Shown here: piece by piece, positions 15,672 through 26,891 of the stretch
Numbering within the stretch: the first letter of the stretch is position 1
Layout of the letters: each line of letters opens with the position of its first letter
Source: Chrysomallon squamiferum
Lineage: Eukaryota > Animalia > Mollusca
Reading direction: 5' to 3'
Length of the DNA stretch: 64,000 nucleotides
Assembly: GCA_012295275.1 (NCBI GenBank)
Contig: CM022671.1
Span: forward strand, 33,790,001-33,854,000
The notes under the pieces: model-generated
What the model saw: only the letters and a program-made list of their open reading frames with translations
Databases searched by the model: none
Told to the model about the DNA's origin: nothing
Translations under genes and position numbers: made by a program

Positions 15672-16562
15672 CTCTCTCTCTCTATCTATGTGTCTGTATT
15701 CTTTAGATTTATCTATCAATCTATCGATCAATGTATCTATCTAATCTGTTTATCGAATTCTGTATCGTTAGTTATGTCTATCAGTCAGTCAGTTTATCCG
15801 ATTATTTCAATGTTAATATTTTTTAATTAATCGATGAACAATAAGCAATACTGCAAAATATCTTCTGCTTCTTTTCTGTTCTTTTTTTTTCTCCACATGT
15901 CTTGATGCTATGAAAATAGTCACGCCTATCTTTTTTCATGTCCATAGTTTACCTCGAAAATATGTGCAAATCAAAAATATATTCTTTGTGAATTGAATAA
16001 AGCTGTTGATATGCGTAAATATTTTTTGGCTTAAATGTGGTGATTCTGGTGTTTTTCTTTTACTACCAAATCTAGACTTAAAAGTAAAAACGCATAAATA
16101 ACGAAACTTGGAACAAGGACACGTTTGTTTAAATGACTCTATTCGAACGATGATTATTAATACAAGGTCGTTTTCACATAAATAGTGATCTTAGGTCGAG
16201 GTTATATAAATATACTGGAGTTTTTTTATGTGGAAGTTATTTCGTATATTTGACATATTTCAGGTCAAGGTTATTTCATATTTTTGTCTTTTCCTAAAAC
16301 AAGGTCATTTGATATAAATGGCTTTTCGCACAAGTGTTAAAATGTAAGTCTTCTTGTTGAGAATATCTTTGGACAACTTGAATTTCGATAAATTGTGAAC
16401 AGAGGTTATGTTTTCATTGTTTGAACGATTTAGGAAGAGAAATGGATTTCCTGTTCTTCAGCAGAACCAAAAAACAAAACAAAACCCCCCAAAATATCTG
16501 ACAAGAAGAAAGAGAGAGAGAAAGAAAGAACGGGAGAAACAGAATTTTAAGTTATTAGTTTA

Positions 16563-16593
<31 letters not shown>

Positions 16594-16747
16594 TGCGTAT
16601 TTACCGTCAGTAAGAGGTACTCAAACCTTTACTGTATGTAAATGTTGTTTAAGTAACTGGTAAACACACTTTCTCCATTAATATTTGCTTCCTATAATAA
16701 ATCATCACTTCCCTTTATTAAAACAGCCTTTTGATTATTTTTTACAG

Positions 16748-17467
16748 ATGGCACTGGAAGTTGCTGGGGTGTTAAACTGGACTTATATTTCAGTCTTCGG
16801 CCTCAGAGATCAAAATGTACAATCAGACGTAGAAACGTTTGTGAATCTGACAGCAGGAGGATCTGTTTGCATAGCGTCGACTCAGGAACTAAATATCGAC
16901 GAGCTGACATCTTTGGGATTACCCGAGGTGAAGTCCACCGCTGCCGTCGTCTTCACAGGGGATGCTCTTCTCGGTGCCGTTGCTGTGACGACGTCGACGG
17001 TGCTGGTTGTGACGACAGAGTTGCCGCCGCGACAGGTCGAGAACGACAACGTTTTGTTTCTTCTGGAGGAGACACCAAAGCTGGAAGGGATTTTTGAATT
17101 CTTACGTAATCTCGTAAGCAGCAACGTCACCTTGAACGTGGAGGGCGGCTATTTGCAGACAGACAGCGAGTGTTTCCGCGAAGCGAATCCGAAACGCTCG
17201 GAGATTCAGCTAAAATGTGTTAGTTTGCTGAAGACAAATTATGAATATCTCGCCGTGGCTGATGCTGTGTCTCTGCTTCATCGAGTTGCCATGGAAACGC
17301 TGCGTTCAAACTGCCTAGATGACGTCGTTAGCTGTTCCAGTGCGAAGTCGGAGTTGGCCTTCATCAATAATGAGTTGTCTTTCTTCAGTTTCAATGGTCG
17401 TAAAATGGCTTTGAGGAGACCGACGTTTAGACTGGTGTTGCCTGGAAACGCATCAAATGAAACCCAG
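16748..17467 (+). CDS. Triple-VFT class C GPCR, coding exon 4 (C-terminal part of VFT1)
   Basis: Acceptor tttacag|, donor CAG|GTATAA, 720 nt, phase 0 to 0. Motifs LNWTYISV, VCIAS and DAVSLLH...C are typical of class C VFTs. Confidence 0.88.
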
Positions 17468-17708
17468 GTATAACTTGTAACAATACATAATTCAGTAGTG
17501 TTGTATTTTATTCTTATATTTAAAAGGTTTATAGTGCAAATAACACGCTTAAAACATGCAGATATACAGATATATAAATTAAAGAAGTATATTACATTTA
17601 TTTTATTTTTTATCTCTTGTGTTGATAATCTTGCTTTTTTGTAGATCTTAGGTAATTTTTAGTTATTTAATTTTTAATTTTTGTTTTTTAATTTTATTTT
17701 ATTTTATT

Positions 17709-17766
<58 letters not shown>

Positions 17767-17880
17767 TGTTTTTTTGTTGTTGTTTTTTTATCGAAATTTC
17801 AAAGAATGCTTTAAGATTAAAACTACTGTTTCATTCTTGCTTATTTGTCTTCTCCTATTTTCATTTCTTATTTGTCACAG

Positions 17881-19160
17881 ATTACTGGAAACTTGGTATC
17901 GCCCCAGTCCATCCCAGATTCATTTTACAACAGTCAGTGCGGAGACGCCTGCTTTGAATGCAAGACTTGTCTGCCACCATTTTACTCTGACGAACGGGTA
18001 ATGTTTGACGATGCGGATATCCTGCTTGTTGGCATCTTTCCCATACACACTTCCGCTTCCGGCAGAACATGCTCAGTACCAAATATCAAAGGATTCAAAG
18101 TCGCCCAAGCTTTTACTAACGCGATTCAGCTATTGTCAAAAAATACAACATCTTTGCCGGTGTCTGTTGGCAGTGTTGTGTTTGACTCGTGCGGAGACAA
18201 AACTTGGTTCAGTACAAAGTACCGCGAAGTTGAGAACTGTTTGTATCGTTACAGGGATTACGATGATAAAGACGTAATTATCCAGCCTTCAAAAACCGTC
18301 GCATATTTTAACATGGACGAGTTTTCAGGATTCAGCTCATATTACGACACGTCAAAGCTGACTTTAACAGTTTCAGACATCGGAATAACCTTTGATAACT
18401 GGACGAGTGGCTTCTATGTAGAAACTATCCTCAAAATAGTTCAGAAGTCAAAATGGACGTACCTATATCTCCTTGTTTCCGATAACCAGTTACTAAAGAG
18501 TAAAGCAGAAGAGCTGAAAGCGAAAGCTTCTGAATACGACATCTGCCTTGCTGGGATTGTGATGTTAGAGCACAACGCTTCATCTGGTGACATCCTCGAA
18601 AACAGCTTCGCCAACATCAACAAAGCCAGACAAGACGTTGCAACATTCATACTTCTAACTTCTGAGCAAGACACCATTCAGCTGTTCAACAGACTGTTAA
18701 TAACTCCCTATCTTAAACCACGTCTCAAAGTTTTCGTATTTTCCTGGCAACTGTACGCCCTTCAGATAAACAACTTGGAAAAAATCATTGACGAGACTGT
18801 TGTAATGTGGCCTAAGTTAACCTCTTCTTTATCTCTTGAAGCTCTTTCTCATGGAAATCCTTGGTTTGAACAGTTCCAAAATCCTCTGTCGGAAAATGGG
18901 TCGTCTGCTGATATTCTGCAGCTTATAGATTATCGTCTGACTTTCTTCATGTACCAAGCTGTGAAGAATTTTATATCCAGCGCAAGCACTGCTTTCCAGA
19001 ACACATGTCCTCAACAAGACCTGCTTTGCAAAGAATTTTCTGATTTCAAAATTTGAAGAAAAAGATTGAACCGCTGTTGGCTGAGAATGTCAAACGCGAA
19101 CAGAACAAATTTGATATCAATAGTCTTAGATTCAAGGACGGTCTTACAACGACGCAGAAG
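17881..19160 (+). CDS. Triple-VFT class C GPCR, coding exon 5 (Cys linker and VFT2); contains a 1-nt frameshift at about 19044-19053
   Basis: Acceptor gtcacag|, donor AAG|GTAATT. Motifs DADILLVGIFPIH, VGSVVFDSC, KWTYLYLL, DICLA, NPWFEQF, CPQQDLLC. Frame 0 stops at TGA 19054-56. The -1 frame continues LKKKIEP..FDINSLRF..TQK and reaches the donor in phase 0. The exon is 1280 nt, one short of a multiple of 3. Confidence 0.85.
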
Positions 19161-19483
19161 GTAATTTGTTTTGCTGTATTAGATTTACTAACATTAATTA
19201 AAGTTTTAAGTAACAAATTTTCAATATAGCTAATTTGTTTTGTTTCTTTACTATCTGTAAAAGAATGGTTGAAAAACGATTATTTTCTGATTAACATATT
19301 ATATCCATTGTTGCTTCATATACTGTGTACAAATCATGTAATTTGAAATGTATATTATTATTAGTAGTAATGGTGGTAGTAGTAATAGTAGCAGTAATAG
19401 TAGTAGTAGTAGTAATAGCAGTAGTAGTAGTAGTATTGTTGAATTTGTTCTTATTATTATCGTTATCACCATCATCATCATCA

Positions 19484-19533
<50 letters not shown>

Positions 19534-19623
19534 TTATTTTTATTTTATTTTTATTAATTTTATTTTTATTTTATTTTTATTTTATTTTTATTAATTTGTT
19601 TTTATTATTATTTTTTTTTTCAG

Positions 19624-21003
19624 ATAGGAGAAGTATCCGAGGACGGAGAGGTAAGGTTTATACAAGACAGTTCGGTGACTCTTCCTGCTGCCAACGAGTG
19701 CAGAGGCTGGTGTCCACAGTGTCGCCGATGCCAAGCGATGGGTAGACGAGACGAACATCTGCTGTATCTGCAAGGTGACGTTCTAATCAGCGGGGTGTTT
19801 CCCGTCCACCAGAGAGGAGAGTCGACGTTCACGTGTGGCCTGGTGTCGGGGATGCTTGGTTCAGAAAGAGCAGTGGAAGCGTTCATGTTCGCCATAGAAT
19901 CCGCGAAATCTCGTTATCCTTACCTTCTGCCGTCCGTCACTGTCGGAGGGCTTGTGTTCGATTCCTGCTCTGACGTCAGTTATGCCGTGCATTCTATTGG
20001 TAATTTCGAATCTTGTCTCACCCCGATGTTAGAATCCGGTTCACTGGCGCCTGATCCGCGTAACAACATGGGCTACTTGCTCGACAGCAGCAAAGGGGTT
20101 AGTGAAGACCTATCGAAAGCGATGAAGCATATCGGGAAAATTGTTTTATCTGTGGATTCGGACGAGTACGGAACGCCCTCTCTAGTGCAGGAGTCTGCTG
20201 GAGAACAGGAGGCAATCTCTTCCATTCTCCTTCACTTGAACTGGACTGACGTGATCGTGCTGGCCACAAATTCCAACGTCCACATTCAGTTTGTTCAGTC
20301 GTTTATGCAGACAGCGGCCCGAAAGAACATTTGTGTTTTCAAAACTATTTATTTTGATCATTATAACAGCAGTTCTTTGGAAACCATCGCAAAGGAATTA
20401 ACTCGTTCACCCAAAATTGCAGTTGTCGTTCTTGCTTACAAAATGGACACTTTGAAGTTGTTTCAGCACAGCGGTATCATTAAGATTTTGCGACCGTGGT
20501 TGATAAGCGTGGTAGATGATGACTGGAGGACACTCGTTGATGCACATTTTCCACATGGTTCCATTCTTGTCGACAAAAAAGGAAAATATAGCAAAGATTT
20601 CGAAGACTATTCGCATAACTTTCGTATACAAGACAACGGTTTGAATTCCTGGTGGCGTCTGTATTGGCAGGAGCGGTTCCAATGCAGACTGCCAGGGATG
20701 GACTCTAAATATAATTCAAGTTGTCCTCCGACGTACGTCTCCAGAGAACAACCATCGACAACAGCAGCAAAGATTATTAAAGGCGTAGACATTATTTTAC
20801 ATTCGATTCATGAAAGATATATGAAAGTTTGTCCTGGTAGCTTGGGGTTGTGCCCCCAATTTTTGCATGCTCTTGCATCTTTGCCTTCACTGGTACAAAG
20901 CGTCAGTTTTGAGTTTGAACAAGAAACTGTAAAGTTCGCACATTCTTACAAGCTGGAGGCGTCGTATCTGATAAGTAATTACCAGCCTCAGGGACCTGTT
21001 AAG
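19624..21003 (+). CDS. Triple-VFT class C GPCR, coding exon 6 (Cys linker and VFT3)
   Basis: Acceptor ttttcag|, donor AAG|GTAACG, 1380 nt, phase 0 to 0. Motifs GDVLISGVFPVH, VEAFMFAIE, LLPSVTVGGLVFDSC, LNWTDV, NICV, NSWWRLYWQERFQC, CPGSLGLC, YLISNYQ. Confidence 0.93.
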
Positions 21004-21216
21004 GTAACGAGTTTTTCTACAGTTAGTTTATTATGTTTACACTACAGAAATTTACTTATTTACTGTACAGGTTCTTCCTGGGTGATTTTATAAATTTCTG
21101 ATTCAATGTAAATGATTAACTTTTACTTGTAAATTCGATTTTAAAATGCTTGCATGCTAAAAGGATCGTAACCAAATTTCTTTCAATTAACGTATTTGAT
21201 TTGTTTTATTTTTCAG

Positions 21217-22338
21217 GTTGGACAATGGCATGATTTTCACTTACAGCTGGATTTCAACAAAGTGAAGTTTTACAATGAAGAAGGACAAGAGTTGTCCACA
21301 GCCAGGTACTCGCAGTGCATCGAGGACTGTGTCTGTCTCAACATCAACGTGACGAAACTGTTCGAGATGCCAGCTCAAGTGTACGACGCAGCGCGCTTCT
21401 CCGACAGCTCTGGGACGTTTAACGGTGTGCTGTGGACCACGGTCATCCTAGCAGTGGCGTCGTCCGGAGCATTCATCTCCTTTGTGCTCATGATATACGT
21501 CCTGTACAAAGTGTGTTGTGGAGCGCTCGCAAAGAGACACGTCTGGCTCGGGTTAATCCTTCTTGCTGGAGTGATCCTGCTGTACCTGTCGGTCATCCCG
21601 TTCACGTTCACGCCGTCGGAAGGTGTCTGCGGTCTGCGGTATTTTGCGCCAGGTTTCAGCTACGCGCTGTGTTTCGCGTCCATCTTGGTGAAGCTGACGT
21701 CACTTCGCGATTACCGACTGATCGGACTTGGAGGTGAAGTGTCGAACCTCAACCAGATGCTGTCCGTGCTGTTCATCTGCGGAGTTCAGCTGGCAGTGGG
21801 CGTCCAGTACTGGGCACGGAACAAGCCAATGCTGGTGACAAAGACGCTGGGATCCATCACAGTGTTTGCCTGCGCATTCGAGAAGGGAGAATTTGCCGTT
21901 TATCTCATTTACATTATGATTCTCATACTGACTTGCTCCATCTACGGCATCGGCGTTCGCAAAGAACGCAAGAACATGGGTGAAGCAAAGCTGCTGCTGA
22001 CCTGCAGCTGGCTGTGTATCGTTGTGTGGATCGCCTGGTTGATTGTCTTCTTCGTGCTCGGCAGTGAGTTCATGGATGCCTCGATCTGCGTCGCTATCCT
22101 GGCCTGCGCCACGCTCATGCTTGTTGGCATCTTCATTCCAAAGATTCACCTCGTCTCGCGACTCAAGTACGACGTGTCCAAACACGCAACGGGCACGATG
22201 AGCAACGGCTACAAAGTAGATCCAGATTTCTTTTTCGAAAGACCGTATTCCCTGCCTGGAACAATGACGAGTTCGTACTCCTCTGTGAAGACGTTTCCTA
22301 AGAGCATCACTCATTTTGACTCGTCAATGAGCTATTAG
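21217..22338 (+). CDS. Triple-VFT class C GPCR, terminal exon 7 (Cys stub, class C 7TM and C-tail)
   Basis: Acceptor ttttcag|, starts VGQW. Seven hydrophobic helices with class C motifs CGLRYFAPGFSYALCFASILVK (TM3), KNMGEAK (ICL3, cf. mGluR ENFNEAK) and GIFIPKIHLV (TM7, cf. FxPKxY). Stop TAG at 22336-38. Confidence 0.95.
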   Translation, partial: VGQWHDFHLQLDFNKVKFYNEEGQELSTARYSQCIEDCVCLNINVTKLFEMPAQVYDAARFSDSSGTFNGVLWTTVILAVASSGAFISFVLMIYVLYKVCCGALAKRHVWLGLILLAGVILLYLSVIPFTFTPSEGVCGLRYFAPGFSYALCFASILVKLTSLRDYRLIGLGGEVSNLNQMLSVLFICGVQLAVGVQYWARNKPMLVTKTLGSITVFACAFEKGEFAVYLIYIMILILTCSIYGIGVRKERKNMGEAKLLLTCSWLCIVVWIAWLIVFFVLGSEFMDASICVAILACATLMLVGIFIPKIHLVSRLKYDVSKHATGTMSNGYKVDPDFFFERPYSLPGTMTSSYSSVKTFPKSITHFDSSMSY

Positions 22339-22841
22339 CTATTACGTCATCGTTGACACTGTTTTTACGTAATCGTCAGGTGTTTAATATGTATCATACT
22401 TCTCCGTTAATTTGTTAAATATGTTGAATCAGCTTCACTAGACACTGTATGTATGGATTCCACATCCATGTGAATCTGATGATTGTGTGAATGTTTTCAT
22501 TGATGACTTTTCTGTATTCATTATTTATATGAAACAATTATGTGAGTTTTATCACGGCAACCAGTGTAAAAAGAAAACGTATCTCAAATTTAAACATTAA
22601 TTTTAGGGCTTAGGACTGCAATAACTTTGATCACGTATTTATATCGGTTACTGTAGACGTGTTAAAACAACTGTGTAAGAGAACAATAACTATTTATTTT
22701 ATTTATATTATATACCAATACTATCACTACACTAGAATTCTCGGTGTATGTTTATATAAGACATACAATCACTAGTACTTAGCAGTATATTTAAATATGA
22801 ATGTTAAAACAGAAGTCCGTGATCATGAACGTATATTAAAA

Positions 22842-22876
<35 letters not shown>

Positions 22877-23278
22877 ACACAGACTCTATCTAAATGATTC
22901 AAATTGTTATAAACAATGCGTTTCTACTTATTCTCACGGTGCTTATAAAACTTCAAACTCATATTACCAGCATTCCGAAATGCAAAGTGCCAGGATAGTG
23001 GTGATGTAATTCACCATGGTGTGTTATTTGTACAATCATTGTATTTTCATTTGTAATTTAACTGTAACCAATTATTAAATTAGGGCAACGAATATTTCAA
23101 AATATTCTTGAAGTAGCACAAATATCAAAAATAGACTGAGTTCATTTATTGTTCATTAAGTGTGTACATAGTACATGAGTGAAAAAATAAATGTATTTAC
23201 TTATTTATTTATTTATTTATTTATTTGTTTGTTTATTTGTTTGTTTGTTTATTTGTTTTTATTTATTTATTTGTTTGT

Positions 23279-23329
<51 letters not shown>

Positions 23330-23729
23330 TTCAGTGTAAAGAAAATTAATTGTGTGTGAAGATAAACTATGGAGATAATGTAACTTTGCATTTAAATCAT
23401 TAAATAATTAACATGTAACCTGTTCGGATTTGAACGTTCTAAAATTAACTGACTAAAACGAATTTTTAAAAAGCTAAATTATCTTAGAAAAACTGACTGT
23501 TAAATTTCCCGGTGTAGTTAGTCAATAACTTAATTTCATTTCGATAATTTTTACGAGGCATAATAAATAAATTTGTTTTATTAAATGATTTGTAAACTTT
23601 TGAAATACTCGATGCATTTCTCAACACAACTTGACTAGAAATAAATTAATAAACTGGTAATCAATTATTAGTTGATTATTTGGTATCATCTATGAGTTGA
23701 CAGTTTCACAATTCAAAATACTACAAATA

Positions 23730-23764
<35 letters not shown>

Positions 23765-23829
23765 AACTAATAAAATAAATTCAAATACTTATTTATAATT
23801 ACTACTATTATTTCTGCTTCTCCTCCTGC

Positions 23830-23893
<64 letters not shown>

Positions 23894-23984
23894 GATTTTT
23901 ACGGATCGAAATTACATTCCACATTCGTTGTAAATAAATCAGATTTGTAGAAAAAAAATTCACGTATATTTCAATAAATGTTTT

Positions 23985-24024
<40 letters not shown>

Positions 24025-24345
24025 ATTTAAAAAATAATGTTATATTATTAACGTGACATTATAGTTGTTATATGAAGGTATGCACGTAAGTATATATGTA
24101 TGTACGTGTTGTACGAGTACGGGTGTATATACTAGAAATATTAGAGAATATAAAATTATGCTGCTTGTTTTATTACTCTGTTAATCACATATGTAACTAA
24201 CAATTTGTCAATATGATTAGTAGCCTGTACATTGCCAGTATTGTATTTTATTAAACTCTACAACAGACAGTCACTGTTTTTGTCTTTGATCTAACAGAGA
24301 ATTTTATAAAAGACTAATTTAATTTATTGTTACTGTCATCATCTT

Positions 24346-24447
<102 letters not shown>

Positions 24448-25192
24448 AATAAACGAGTACTGATTTGAGTAGAATTTATGTTTACTTCAGTTTTGAGAGT
24501 CCAACAGGGGAGATAAATCTTACCATCCAATTCTGCTGCAAGGTCTTTCGTCCATTCATTCAGTTATTTATTCATTGATTCGTCCATTGCTTCTCATATG
24601 TGCATTCATACATTTATTAATCCTTAAATAAATTTGAGATTTATTTATTTATTTATTCATTTATTTATTTATTTATGTTATTCTTATTACTGTCATCGTC
24701 ATCATTATCACCTTTTTATTATTTTTTTTATTGTTGTCGTTTGTTATTTTATATCGATACTTCAAAACATACAATATTAATAGCTGTTCGATGTCAAATG
24801 TGTGGATTAGTAAGGTAGCGTTATACTGAGGTAACATACCAGAGTTATTTAAATTGGTAACTAAATTATTATTTGTTGTATTATTATAAAATAAAGTATT
24901 ATCAAAAGTATCTAATAACGAATATAATTAATGTCCTTTAATTAATTCTAGATCTGCTCTTGTATATCAGGTGAATTAACAATAAATAAATAAATTAATA
25001 AATATCTCAACACTTGTTCATGGTGTAATAAAGATTTCCAAATGCAGTAAGAAATAATGGACACGGTTATTTCCCTTGTAATGCTTTTCTGCTGGAATTT
25101 TCTGTTATTCAGTTACTAGATACAACAATATAATGTGTGTATGTGTTCGTGCATATAGTTATAAACATACATGCAACTCATACATACAAATA

Positions 25193-25295
<103 letters not shown>

Positions 25296-25607
25296 ATCTC
25301 TCTCTCTCTCTCAGTACCATATGATATAGCAAATACCGAGAATCGAACCCATTTCCATCTGGCTTAATACATAGACAAGTGCCATTGCTTCGTCATTAAC
25401 ACAAAAAAGGAATGTTGTTCTTTCGTGTGCTGACAAAACTGCCGTCTCTTAAATCTGCTTTAAAACAGCACGGCTATCGGTCTAACTGCGCTTTAGGCCT
25501 TCGAAAATAACCGCTGGATACTAACTACATGTGACTGAGTCAGGGCAAATGAAATAATGAACGACATTTTACAACACGTTAAATATTTCAGGATATTTTA
25601 GGATATT

Positions 25608-25691
<84 letters not shown>

Positions 25692-26799
25692 GGTGGTGGT
25701 GGTAGTGGTTGTGAAGTAGTAGTAGTATTTTTATTACTATCATCATCATCATCATCATCGTCAGTGGTGCTGTTGCCACTAGAACCACTATTAGTTCTAC
25801 TACTATCATTATTGTTCTTATTACCATTATCATCATCATACCATCATTATTATAATTATTATAAATTATCATCATCACCATTATTTATTTATTTATTTAT
25901 TTATTTATTACGACGATATATGAAATAAAACCGCTGAAGCTTTCCATTAACAATTATGGTCACTTAGCAAAAAGAAACCATCCAACAAGAATATGCGTGT
26001 ACTGGGATAGAAACAAGTTATATTCTGGTCTGGAACGGGAAACTGGGGCTCCGAAAATAATGGGCTTCATCATAGTCGTTTGATATGCTGTCGAAATACG
26101 GCTATATACTTTTGATGATGATGGTGATGATGACGATGATTGTGATGGTGATGATTATGATGATGATGATAATGATGATGATGACGATGATTGAATATGA
26201 TCACGAAAAAAGTACAAATTCTAAATTCCATCAACATCACCTAAGCAAACAATCCTCCCACCATTCCGCCGTAACCAACACAACCTCCCCAGTTTCTAGA
26301 TGGAAATTAACCTTGGTGCTTGACTTAAATAAAAATGCCTCTCTCGAATTACTAAGACTAATTTTAACTCTTCTCATATTTCACAAAAACTAGTCGCCAA
26401 CTGACACTTCGCGTGGTAATACATTTGTTTTCTCCGTCACAAGACCAACAAACAAACAAACAATAGGAATATTTTCACATTTTTCACTCAAGGTCAACGC
26501 AGTCTCGTGCAGTTAATGCGTAACCTCATGTGCGCACACGTCATTCTTTTAAACTCTTTAGAAAAGGAAAATAAATAAATGCAAGAGTTGCAGTTTATTA
26601 CAGCCAATAGAAAATGCATAATTTGCATAATCATGAGATGATGATTTATGTATATGCCAACAAGTTTTATGTATATGTATGTAGTACATATGACAGTGAA
26701 AATATTAAGTGTCTCAATATATATTATAGTAGCAAAATATATATATCTGCATAATCGTCTGTTACCGTTTCACCTATTATGATATAATTGTATATTTGG

Positions 26800-26891
<92 letters not shown>

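Noticed and set aside
19036-19056. Canonical programmed -1 ribosomal frameshift
   Set aside because: No in-frame X XXY YYZ slippery heptamer lies in the allowed window and no downstream stimulatory structure is evident. An indel is the simpler explanation.
19054-19164. Stop-codon readthrough or selenocysteine at TGA 19054
   Set aside because: The same frame reaches the donor in phase 2 and hits TAG at once in exon 6, or TAA at 19162 if unspliced. The VFT-like sequence continues only in the -1 frame.
21700-22314. 204-aa antisense ORF
   Set aside because: Shadow frame of the GC-rich 7TM exon with no independent signal.
16685-22338. Four separate genes, as the ORF track suggests (262, 403, 472 and 380 aa)
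   Set aside because: Each ORF has splice sites in compatible phase and lacks its own signal peptide. Only one 7TM is present, so they are exons of one gene.
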